Assembly: GCF_006345805.1 (NCBI RefSeq) | Contig: NC_042999.1 | Span: 77,810,001 to 77,874,000, forward strand | Source of the DNA: Octopus sinensis | Lineage: Eukaryota | Length of the DNA stretch: 64,000 nt | Direction of reading: 5' to 3' | Part shown: positions 1 through 52,179 of the stretch, in pieces | Layout of the letters: each line of letters starts with the position of its first letter | Position numbering within the stretch: position 1 is the first letter of the stretch | Notes under the pieces: model-generated | Told to the model about the DNA's origin: nothing | The model's input: only the letters and a program-made list of their open reading frames with translations | Database searches by the model: none | Position numbers and translations under genes: made by a program

Positions 1-284
1 ATTCACATGCATTGCTTTTAATAATGTTGTTAATATCATTGCCAGTCGTCTCGCACCCATTTCTTAGAGGAATGGGGGAACGAAGAGGAGAGATGTTTTC
101 AGCAGTAAGATAACTGGTAGAAGGAAGAGTTCTCCTTTTGAATGCTTTTAAGCTGGTGCCCTTAATAACAAGTTATGACAAAAATTTTGTATCAAAAAAC
201 GACATCAAGCTGGTGAAAACAATAAATATAACTGAGACTCACGTAGTATTTTCAAAAGAATGTCCTTACTACTCCACGGCAAAT

Positions 285-306
285 AATAATACTAATAATA
301 ATAATG

Positions 307-369
<63 letters not shown>

Positions 370-459
370 GTACCGTAGGGTGCAGGTGGCAAGCCCGCTA
401 CGCATGCAAGACTCCAGGAGCTCCAACAAAACCTGTGATAAATAATAATAATAATAATA

Positions 460-501
<42 letters not shown>

Positions 502-539
502 TGATGATGATGATGATAATAATAATAATAATAATAATA

Positions 540-627
<88 letters not shown>

Positions 628-630
628 ATG
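285..630. repeat. (AAT)n/(ATG)n compound microsatellite with a ~70-nt unique island
   Basis: Direct reading. Confidence 0.95.
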
Positions 631-1086
631 AATGAATGATATGAAGATAAATATCTAATAATAGTGACCTTATAAAAAGCTCTCCTAATTGTTATCTTAA
701 TTCGTCATAAAGAGTGAAGGATTGGTTTAGACAATCATAGCAGTAGAACGTTAGAAGTATTCAGAAATATTTAGTTTATATAGAAGTGTTTAGATTCGGA
801 TCTCTCAGTTCTAAGTTCACATTTTATCAGGCTTGACTTTATCCTTCTTCTTGAATTAGTTGCAGTAAATGTCAGTGATATACTGGAATCGATTCACTCC
901 ACTGATCCTTTCTGGTCAACAAGTAGCTTGAGCTAAACTAAGAAACTCGTTAAGTCTTAAGTTTCAAGACTTCGTGTAGAAAGGGAAAATGAATGTTTGT
1001 TATGCGTGACTATTTATTTCTTTTTATACAAAGATCCTATTTTTTAGAGGCGAGAAAATAAAAAGTGTTATGACTAAGTGTTTTTC

Positions 1087-1449
1087 GTGGTAAGTAGCTT
1101 GCTAACGAACCACATGGTTCAGTTCCACTGCGTGGCACCTTGAGCAAGTGTCCTCTACTATAGCCTCGGTCAACCTCGGTTAGCCTTTGGTCAGCCTCGG
1201 GCCGACCAAAGCCTTGTGAGTGGATTTGGTATATATATGTGTGTGTGTTTGTGTGTCTGTGTTTGTCCCCCCAACATCGCTTGACAACCGATACTGGTGT
1301 GTTTACGTCCCCGTAACTTAGCGGTTCGGCAAAAGAGACCGATAGAATAAGTACTAGGCTTACAAAGAATAAGTCCTGGAATCGATTTGCTTGACTAAAG
1401 GCGGTGCTCCAGCATGGCCACAGTCAAATGACTGAAACAAGTAAAAGAG
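1087..1449 (+). mobile_element. tRNA-derived SINE family A, near full-length copy
   Basis: Head gtggtaagtagcttgct...ggttcagttcc (B-box-like), body ending gtcaaatgactgaaacaagtaaaagag; matches copies at 24449, 61350 and 62330. Confidence 0.9.
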
Positions 1450-1905
1450 TTACGAGTAAAGAGAGTGAAGTCGGTTGCTCTCAACTGGAGATTGAAAATA
1501 AGGTACAGTTTCGGCTTACGGAGAGATTATCAATTTTTAATTTACTGCGCTCGCCAGTTATTTCTGGATATTTTCAAGGACGTTTATACCTGTTGGGAAA
1601 ATGTCTTGTCACGGAATTAAAAATAGAACACTAAATTCATATTCTAGGATTTAGCACTGTTGCTGACATCTTATTCTACAATTCATAGCCATAATAAAAA
1701 TATGTTGCAAATCAGCCTAAAGTTTATAAGGATGGAAATTGAGACTTGCGACGGTGGTGGTAAAATGTCAACTTTCAGGAAACGAAACACGCTCACTCTT
1801 TCTCTTCTTCAGATTATATTCTTTTAATCTACATAATGTTGTTGTTGCTGGTGTTGTTATTATTGTTGAAGTTATAACAATATACAGTTTGGTTGTTGAT
1901 TTCAG

Positions 1906-40917
<39,012 letters not shown>

Positions 40918-41189
40918 ATATCCCCCAACTTAAGCCTCTCCAATTTTCTTGCAAATCTGAAAGGCTGACAGTTAATATCAGACAACAGCTGTGTCTTATA
41001 ACTGATGCTGTATTCTAAATATAAGTATTGAAGAGCATGATCCTACTGTTGTCACAATACAAATTAACTACATATATATAAACATGTGTATATATATATG
41101 TGTGTGTGCATGTGTGTATCACGTATGAACGTATTATAATCAAGCAAGTTGTACATGTCAAAAGTCTAAGTACTCAACATAATGAACAT

Positions 41190-42100
<911 letters not shown>

Positions 42101-44159
42101 ACATTTATTAAAACTTTGTCAATCTATTATTATAAAATTCAATGCTCAAAAATGCTGATCATCAATTGTCAGACATTGGTTGGCATCTTAATGTCCTATG
42201 GCCTCAACTAAGATGATGTATTTTGAGGACAAAAAAAGATGTTCCATTTACTTTTATTTGGTGCATTCTGGGCACTCCAAAAATGTTTTTCCATTTTCTC
42301 AAGTTCATAATTTATGGTCAAAGAAAATAACACAATAAAGGAGTTATGTTCCTTGATAACTGAAGTTAACTTCTAGTGAATTTTAATTGAGACTTTGTGA
42401 AGAAATGAATTCTAATCAAGATATTGATTTCATATGGTCTGGTGCAACAAAAGAAAGAAAATACACAATAAAGGGAAGGAAAAAGTAAAAACAGGAGCAC
42501 ATACTCAAAAATTCCGCATCTATGCACTTCACTCTTGTACTGCCATAAACACAATGTTTCATTCAGTGTGGTTGGGCTCACTTGCATAATATGAACTGAC
42601 TGGTATGTCTACATTTATTGAATACTTTAGATATGGCATTTAAGTATATTTCTGGCTTTCATGAAATTTTACCATGTCTTTTCTCCATGGTACAAAGACT
42701 ACATCTTTTGTTACCTTTCATATCAACTCTAAATCATTCAACAAGCCTTCTCCAGTTGATATTAAATTTTTAGTCTTTTCTTTTAAAGGCCAGAAGTAAC
42801 TCAAGAGCCATATTACATTTCATTTATCAATGCTTCTGAAAGAAGAGACATGGCTGTAAAACCTTATTTTGAATGTTCCACCTGTCATACCAATATAGTG
42901 CTTGAGTTCAGAGCCAAAATCTAGGATCTGTAGATTTAACTTCTGCCTCATATGTTGGCTTTTGTATTGCAGGATCTATTTAGAACTGTTGCTTCTACAA
43001 GAGTAAGCAACCTCAGTGGATGTGATAGGCTTACTGAATATTAGCAGTATAGCTAAAACCTATCCCAAGCTTATGTTTGTTAAACAGAGATATAGTTAGT
43101 TATATCTATAGCTAGTGAAGTAGTAATCTATTAAACATTAAAAGCAATTTAACATTTGACTTGCATTTAGTGGATATGAAGCATGAAAAGTGATATTAGG
43201 ACGCATTTTCCTTTTAGTAGGAATTTTACTTTTGAATCTACTGATTATTGAACTTAACTAAATACAAGTGTTATCGTCATTAAAACTCTTTCCATCGTTA
43301 TGACTTTAAGGATTCACCACAAGTTTACAGGTTCAGTTGTTAAAGGTTATAATCCACTAAATTTATTCACTAGTTATTTTCCTCTGACCATCAATATTAA
43401 TAAAAGTGAAATTCTGTCTGTCCATCAGAGACCCCTGTATCTCAGCCTACATTTGCTCTACATAGACATATTATACCTATTTTGGAATTGGGATGATCCT
43501 GGGATTGCAAATCTGCCCTTCATTTGGTGCTTGAAGATCCAGCATTGGGATCTGATTTAAAAACAATTCGGTTGCTATTTCTAGCAGATAAAGCTTGGCT
43601 AATCCACACCATCTTGGTGGCATTTGTCAGATGATGTTAGCGATCAAGGAGGAGATAAATGACATTTGCTTTTTTAATTTTACATCAAAATAAGAATTTT
43701 GGAACAGTTCTTAATAGTTGGAATTCAACTTGGGACTGGAACAATAGAACGATTGTATTACAGAATCAATTCTCATACATTCTTTACCTCTGATCAAACA
43801 CCACTGGAGCATATAATTGTTATAGACGTATTATAGTCATGCTATTTAGCTTATTTTAGTTTTAGACTGCAGGGCCATTTGGCCCTCCACAGAGCTAGCT
43901 TAAAAGTTTGCACAGAGTGCAGCTTTTAAGTGAGCTAATCATAAATTGCAGAAAGGAAAAAATCTGATTCCTCAGAATACACCAAATGTGAATAAAGATG
44001 ACTTTCTATTTTTTGTGCTCAACACATATCACTTAGTTGAGACCACACAACTGCTAAAATGTCAATCAATGTCTGACAGTAGATAATCGATAAGTCTGAG
44101 CATTTTGAAACTTAAAATAACAAGAGATTGATAACTGGATTTATAATTGTAGGAATATA

Positions 44160-44215
<56 letters not shown>

Positions 44216-47209
44216 CATTTATATATGTATATATAGACACACGCGCACAATTACATTCATATATGTATGCATAAATGTATATTATAAAGGTGGCTACTTT
44301 TCAATGACTCCAGATTTCATGATTAGTGTATGAGCCAGAGACAAGGAAGAGAAGAGTTTGTTTATTGTATCTATAACAGCTAATGCTTTCTGGTTACTTC
44401 ACAATAAAAGCTGAAGTAATGAAAAACTAATCAACTTTAACCATAACATGTTTATTCTACTCAAAGTTTTGAGTACTCTTTTATTTTGTTTGCAATACTA
44501 CTTGCAAATATCTATATATATATAAATACATATATTGTATATATTAATATTTTAGTTTTAAATCCAAATAATTTTCCAACTTTATTGCTCAATTATGACA
44601 TGACTGGTAAAGCCACTTCAATTATATAAAACTTACATATAACATTAAATATATTATTATATTCCTTTTCACAAATGTCTGTTTTCTTTTGCTGTGTTTG
44701 TTGTTAATTGTCTCCCTTTCATTACATATCACCCAATCAGGAGAGAAAAACGAAATATTCTGTCAGCCAAGTTATGTACATTAACCTTATTTATTCACAT
44801 AGTTTTGCATTAATCATGTTTTGACATTAAAGGGTAGGTGTGAAGTCAGATCTGTCTTGATATGATTGGTTTAAATGCTAAACGAATCTATAACCTTTTC
44901 TCCCGGAAAATGTTATGATTTTCAATAGATTTTCATTCTGGTTCCTTTTATGGACATTGAGCCAATTAGGACTAAATATATTTCTAGCATAAGAGAGGCT
45001 TTGTGCTTCCAATCAACATGTCGCCAAGTGCAATAGTTGCCATGAAACTGACAATGACGTTCTGACCAGTTATATGCCATGACCAATAATACACTGTTCA
45101 GTCTATATACTACAAAAACTCTATGACTGCTTGCTCGCATGCATGCTTGTCTGTAATACAGCGAAACTGGCACATAATGAGAAAATGCTCTGAAAGTAAA
45201 GTACCCCTGAAATGTGAATACAAACGGAACAAAACAAGTTTCGCATAAATCGGACCACGGATTCCAGAGATATGTGGATTTTTGTGGGTACCTTCATAAA
45301 TAGCCAAAACCCCACATAATAGGAAAATAATCCAAAAGCAATATAACCCTAAAAAATACAAAGTGTTTGTAAAGTGAGTATTTATATTTCAGTTTTCTTT
45401 TAACAGACAATATTTTAATTTTTAAAAAGTGTTTTTAAAAGAATATGATTTGAAAAATAGGAATTGTTTGTAGAGTAAATATCCATATTTAGCTTTCTTT
45501 CAACAGACAATATTTTAATTATTTAAAAATATTTTTAAGAGCCAGAGAAGGTGAGCAAGATAGTGGTGAATGCCAACAAGATCGGGACAAGCATGCAAAT
45601 TGAAGGATCAATGGGACTGATTAAGGAAGGGCTGAGCATCTGGTAGAACAGAGGGAAAGAGATAAAAGCAGGAGAGATCATGAATCAGATGCTCGGAGAG
45701 CAGAGCATCTGGCAGGACAGAGGAAAAGAGACAGAAGCTGGAGAGATCCTGAATCAGACACTTTAAACATGAACTTGTAAACCAGACCTATGATGACACG
45801 AATGAATTGAAATATTTAGCTGAATCATCATAAAATTAACTTTAATTTCAATGCAATGATACCAGCTCCAGCCAAACCTTCCAACCCATGCCAGCATGGA
45901 AAACAGATATTAAATGATGATGATGATAATCCCTCTATTTCTCATATTGAGTGTGCGTTTTTCTGACAACTAACAGATATATGCATGAATGCTAGTATAG
46001 AAAATGAATGTTAAATGATGATAATGTATGTGTGCATGTGTTTGACAATGATTTTGGCTTTTAAACAAAATAAATAAACCTTTTCATTATACCTTCTAAT
46101 GCATCCAGATGGATGATGGTTATTCATTAGAGATGCAGTTAAGGAATGTAACTTATTCATCTACATCCCTAAGCCAAGTTGTTGTTGGTTACTGACACTC
46201 TTTATTTTGAAGTGACGGCTATAAACTGAGATCTATAGATCATAAATTCCTGTTATTGTCTACAATGGCATATATTCCTTATTGTAGATATTTTCTTTTA
46301 TTTATGCCCCTCATTCGAGTAATGATGTAGATCCTAAGAGAGATAATTCACACTTAAGTTGGAAGAGTGACAGTTCTTGGTGATTTCAGATAAACTCTGC
46401 CCAACCAGATCAACAGCTATCTGAAATTATCTTATCTCTGGCTCCACATTCAGTGACTGAGCATTATCATCAATTTATGAATGGTCTTCAATAATGATGA
46501 TGCTACTGGTATGTTTGACATCTAGTTACTATAGGTGGGAAATGGATTTCCAGAAAATGATTGCAATGACCAAATCCAATTGTCCTTCAGCTACATTATT
46601 GAATCACAAAAAACTGATTGGTTCAGTCTTTCCAAACATTCATATATAGACACTGTGTTCCAACTGGTTCTGTGATGGAGAAAACTTAGCACTAAAAAGA
46701 TGTCATCATCATTTAATGCCTACTTTTCCATGCTTACATGGGCCAGATAGAATTCATTAAGGCAGATTCTCTTCCTTTCACCAACCTTCACTTGTTTCCA
46801 ACAAGTTAATATTTTCCTATGGTCAACATGTTTTCAATGAAGACTGGAAATCTACTCCACCACCTGTTAAACAGAAATGCACATTTACTTACTATCTCAC
46901 AATGTCAAGATAAGGAAACAAAAATAATACATATGCACTGAGCATTTTCCCCCACTTTGTCTATAAGGTTTTGGTCAGCCTAAGGCTATGATAATGTTGT
47001 AAATTATCCATCTGAGTTTCTAGACTGTAATAAACCAGTAGGAATCCTTCCATATGATCTGATGCTGTCAAATAGTGCAATGACAATGGAGTCACCATCA
47101 AAAATATGATGCTTTATGTTCTGGAGAACTCTGAAACTAAAGACACATGACTAAATACCACAAGGCATTTTGTCAGCTGTTCTACCGATTCTGCCTAACC
47201 AACATACAA

Positions 47210-47400
47210 ATTCATATTTTAAAAACAGTTTATTTACATTTATACAAAAGTTATAATTATAAATAAATAATATTTTACGAAACCAGTTGCAAAACAGTTC
47301 CTTCAGTTATTCACATCACAAATGTGAAGCACTGGACAAATTTTTTCATGATAAATGCAATCAACCTGTCTGCACTTCATTGTAACTTCCCCTGGAACAT
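47210..47400 (-). other. Putative terminal 3'UTR exon of the microprotein gene, with AATAAA at 47229-47234
   Basis: tattttacag acceptor; polyA hexamer about 170 nt downstream; 3' end position approximate. Confidence 0.5.
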
Positions 47401-48586
47401 CTGTAAAATAATATGTATACATTTAATAAAATAGTTTCATGGGGAAAGATAAGCACCTCAGAAACTGACAATGTCTCAACAAACTAAAGAAGGCCTATAC
47501 AGTCATTTAGTCTGCAAAAAATAAAAGTCTCATCTCTTTGAAATCACACCCTACCAAGAAGTTACTAATAAATAAATGAATAAATAAAAATGAGAAGATG
47601 GTCATGGCTGAAAATCTTTTGCTCAGAGATCTGCTCAGTCAGGTCTGATCTGAGGCCTAGTCAGAAGAAACTGATATATTCAACTATACAGAATTGAGAA
47701 AGCTTGTATATATCACAGTTGATCATATAACAACATTGGTTGAAATGGTCATATTTTCACTGATGAACTCATGTTTTCAGTTACTTCAGTACAGCTCAGA
47801 AACATTTCTCAAGACAGTTGACACATTTCACTTGCAATTTTTATTTTTACTGGTAGAAAAAAAGTACTTTTAATCCTACAAGGCCCAGTTACAGTTAAAA
47901 GAAAGTCTATTGTTTCTAGGAATGTGATACAAAGGTACCCAAAGTCTCAGTCTCCAGTAATTCAACAGTGCAAACAAAGGTGTCGTCAATTGAATCAACT
48001 CTACTATACCATCAGAACTTGTTTTATAGATTTGAACCCAATATTTAGAGGGACATAACTTAAACATTACAAGACATTCAACCCATCACTTCAGTGCTTT
48101 AACAACATTTTTAAAAATATTAAAAATTCTTGTATAGGTTTGAAGCCAAATTCTGTGAGGAAGTTGCAAAGTTGATGAAATTTACCCAAACATATAGCTG
48201 GTAGGATAAAAAGCAAAACTGCCCCTTGTAGGATTAGATCTCAGGACCAAGAAACAAAATTATGTAAAGCACTTAGTTCAGTTTTCCACTACTCAAGCCA
48301 TCAAGCTCTTTACAAACAAAATTATATCTATTAAACTTTAATTTTATCATATTCTACAGCTAGATAGTGTGAAATCCACACAGCTAGTACTGATGGTACA
48401 GTTACATGATTAAACATCTTTGAAAACAGTATACACTACAAGTGTATATAACTTTAAAAGTTATCTATCAATTTTCTCTTTACACTAAGGAGTAAACAAA
48501 TTTAACTATTTGGAATAGTTAGGCAGTATTTAATTAAAATAGCTATGAATCATACCTAATGTATACAGTGTTGACAAGCCAGTTAC

Positions 48587-48764
48587 TTGTCCTGAGATAA
48601 CATATCTCATGAACTTGCAGTGTTAAAAAAACAATAGATATGAGAGAGAGATGAAAATTTATCTCAGCAGCAGCCAGCAAGAGTATAAGATGCATTTCAG
48701 CTTCTTTGAGCCTTTTCCATAGTACATACTTGAAGCCACATGCTCAGATGAGAATTTATCATCT
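48587..48764 (-). other. Putative non-coding (3'UTR) exon 3 of the microprotein gene
   Basis: ttcactttttcctgtgtcag acceptor; CAA|gtaact donor; unique non-repeat sequence. Confidence 0.5.
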
Positions 48765-49889
48765 CTGACACAGGAAAAAGTGAATGAAACATTCATTATT
48801 ATTGAGAATAGCTACCTCCTCATCATCATCGTTTAACATCCGCTTTCCATGCTGGCATGGGTTAGATAGTTTGACATGGAGCTGGCCAGCTGGGAGCTAT
48901 CCAAACTCCAATTGTCTGTTGTGGCATAGTTTCTATGGCAGGATGCCCTTCCTAATACCAATCACTTAACAGAGTGTGCTGAGTGCTTTTTACATGCCAC
49001 TGGCTGATAAAAAAATCCTGTAGATGCAAGTTCATAAGAGATGTAATTGCAACATAATACTATAGTAACTGGCCTACTGTCAGTATGCATACATTATGTA
49101 TGAGACGTTGCTGGTTATATAAATTCAATATGGCTCCAATTGCGTATATAGGATTTTTAATAAGTCAGGGAGCTATTTGTAACATCAGTGAATGTTTTAT
49201 TCCCTTTTTCCAGCAGAGACGGTGAATTCTTATCTATACATATGGCTGGCTATTAATGTGTGTCATTGAAAAGGCCCAAAAAATGCCAAAAATGCATTTG
49301 GCATTCTCACTGGCCATTACTGGGATGAATTTTCATCTCTTTCTCTGAGATTTATTGTGCTTTTAATACAGGAGGTGCATAAGAGATGTTATCTTAGGAC
49401 AAATACTGCAGAAACTGGCTTATTGACAGTGTGTATACATGAAACAGGATACGTAGATTGCTATTTTAAAGTTAAATATGGAAGTCATACTAGCACTCCG
49501 TCAGTTACAACAATGAGTGTCCCAGCTAATTTGATCAAGAGAACTGCTTGTGAAATTTATATGCCAGTGGCTGAGCACTCCACAGACACATGTGCCCTCA
49601 ACACAGTTCTCAGTGAGATTCAGCATGGCCCGTTGAAATACAGGAACAAATAATTTTTGCCAGTGGACAGGTGCAACATGAAATAAAATGCCTTGCTCAA
49701 CAACAGAACACAACCTTACAATCATGAGCTGAATACCCAACCACTAAACCATGCTTAGTGGAAGACAATTTGTCAATAATATAGTTAATAAAGATGGTGA
49801 GTACAACGGCTGTACCTTTGGTATTACTGGAGGTAATATTATACTATCTCAAGAATCAAATGGTTCAGGAAAAAGGTTTTAAAAGAGGT

Positions 49890-51893
49890 AGTCACCCGTA
49901 TAGTTAACCAGGTGATACACGAAGGAGTCATTCCCAATGACTGGTGTAGCAGCATAATAGTCAACTGCTACAAAGGTAAAGGTGATGCCCTAGATACAAA
50001 TAACTACAGAGGTATCAAGCTGTTGGATCAGGTAATGAAGGTTATGGAGAGGGTCATAGCCCAACTAATTAGAGAGAGAGAGTTAGCTTAGATGAGATGC
50101 AGTTTGGGTTCGTGCCAAGGAAAAGTACTACTGATGCTATATTCCTGGTAAGACAGCTGCAGGAGAAATACCTAGCCAAAGATAAGCCCCTGTACCTGGC
50201 TTATGTTGACATGGAGAAAGCCTTCGACAGGGTCCCCCGATCCCTTATCTGGTGGTCAATGAGGAAACTAGGGGTAGATGAATGGTTAGTGAGAGCTGTA
50301 TGAGCCATGTACAGAGACGCTGCTAGTAAGGTGAGGGTTGGCAATGAGTACAGTGAAGAATTCCGGGTAGAGGTTGGGGACCACCAAGGTTCAGTCCTCA
50401 TTCCCCTCCTATTTATCATAGTCCTCCAGGCAATAACGGAGGAATTCAAGACAGGATGCCCCTGGGAGCTCCTCTATGCTGATGACCTTGCTCTAATTGC
50501 TGAGTCACTATCAGAACTGGAGAAGTTTCAGGTGTGGAAGCAAGGATTAGAATCGAAGGGCCTTAGAGTCAACCTAGCCAAAACCAAAGTCCTAATAAGT
50601 AGGAAGGTAGACAAATCACAAACGCCCTCAGGTAGATGGCCCTGCCCAATCTGTAGAAAAGGTGTAGGTAGAAACTCTATAAGATGCACCAAGTGTAAGC
50701 TATGGACACATAAGAGGTGCAGCAATGTCAAAGGAAGGCTAACTAGGAAAATAGTTTTTGTTTGTGGCAGATGCTCAGGAGCAATAAACACTGAAAATGT
50801 GCAGAGACCAACTTCTACCACATTCCAGGGAGAAAAACTAGAAGTAGTTGATAGCTTCCGTTACCTAGGTGACCAAGTCAGTAGCGGGGGTGGGTGTGCT
50901 GAAAGTGTAACTGCTAGAGTAAGAATAGCCTGGGCAAAGTTCAGAGAGCTCTTACCTCTGCTGGTGACAAAAGGCCTCTCGCTCTGAGTAAAAGGCAGAC
51001 TGTATGATGCATGTGTACGAACAGCCATGCTACATGGTAGTGAAACATGGGCCGTGACTGCTGAGGATATGCGTAAGCTCGCAAGAAATGAAGCCAGTAT
51101 GCTCTGATGGATTTGTAATGTCAGTGTTCATACTCGACAGAGTGTAAGTATCTTGAGAGAAAAGTTGGACCTAAGAAGCATCAGTTGTGGTGTGCAAGAG
51201 AGACGTTTGCGCTGGTATGGTCATGTGACGAGAATAGCTGAAGATAGTTGTGTGAAAAAGTGCCACACCCTAGCGGTTGAGGGAACCTGTGGAAGAGGTA
51301 GACCCAGGAAAACCTGGGACGAGGTGGTGAAGCACGACCTTCGAACTTTAGGTCTTACCAAGGAAATGACTAGAGAATGAGACCTATGGAAGTATGCTGT
51401 GCGTGAGAAGACTCGGCAGGACTAGTGAGACCATAACCCGTGGCCTCTACCTGGGATGTAGCCAGTCGACTTATGCATACCTTTCCTTCTTGGGACACAA
51501 AACTCCACTTGTGAAGACCCGTTCAGGCAAGTGGAAATCAGAACCAAAATCGAAGTCGATCAACATCAATGCAAAGCTGTGATACCAGTGCTGATGGCAC
51601 GTAAGCGAACCATCCAATCGTGGCCATTGCCAGCGCGGCCCCGACTGGCCTCCGAGCCGGTGGCACGTAAAAACCACCATCTGACCGTGGCCGTTTGCCA
51701 GCGTTTGCCGGTGGCATGTAAAAAGCACCCACTACACTCACGGAGTGGTTGGCGTTAGGAAGGGCATCCAGCCGTAGAAACATTGCAAGATCAGACTGGG
51801 CCTGGTGCAGCCTTCTGGCTTCCCAGACCCCAGTTGAACCGTCCAACCCATGCTAGCATGGAAAGCGGACACTAAATGATGATGATAATGATG
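49890..51893 (+). mobile_element. 5'-truncated RTE-clade LINE: RT domain, PHD-like insert, C-terminus and 3'UTR with (GAT)n tail; disabled by frameshifts and stops
   Basis: NYRGIKLL, QFGF.P.KSTTDAIF, DMEKAFDRVP, HQGSVL, LLYADDLAL, FRYLG, MLHGSETW, LRWYGHV, GRGRPRKTW motifs; in-frame TGA at 50301, 50985 and 51378. Confidence 0.95.
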
Positions 51894-52033
51894 AATGGAC
51901 CTTGGTAAAATTTGAAATCAGAACAGAAATGATCATAATTATAGACTGGAAGGCATTTTATCAAACACGTTGCAGTTTCTGCTTTTCCCCACTCTCTTTT
52001 ACACTACATTAAAGTAACTTACCTGAAGTAGCT

Positions 52034-52179
52034 TTATGACTCATTGTTACCAGTATTATAACCTTTTATTTTCTGTAACTCTTCAGGTGTGACATCTTGT
52101 TGGGTGATACTTAAACCACTGATAGTTATTTTTTTTACGTTTCCCTCTCCAAAATTTATTAACCGAAGATAATGTTGAG
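52034..52179 (-). CDS. 98-aa microprotein, coding exon 2: AQHYLRLINFGEGNVKKITISGLSITQQDVTPEELQKIKGYNTGNNES*
   Basis: Strong acceptor (cttttctctcttttgttttatcattgtcag); the phase-1 frame is the longest open frame of the exon; CAG|gtaagt donor at 52023/52022, 11 nt after the stop. Confidence 0.78.

Noticed and set aside
138-635. 165-aa ORF with poly-N/I/M
   Set aside because: Read-through of (AAT)n/(ATG)n repeats; no splice or homology support.
1087-1145. tRNA-like sequences with B-box (also at 24449, 61350, 62650 and 22965)
   Set aside because: SINE heads continuing into SINE bodies; no complete cloverleaf or acceptor stem.
47401-52022. Intronic snoRNAs in the microprotein gene's 3'UTR introns
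   Set aside because: No well-spaced C/D box pair with terminal stem or H/ACA structure found by eye; needs a covariance-model search to exclude.
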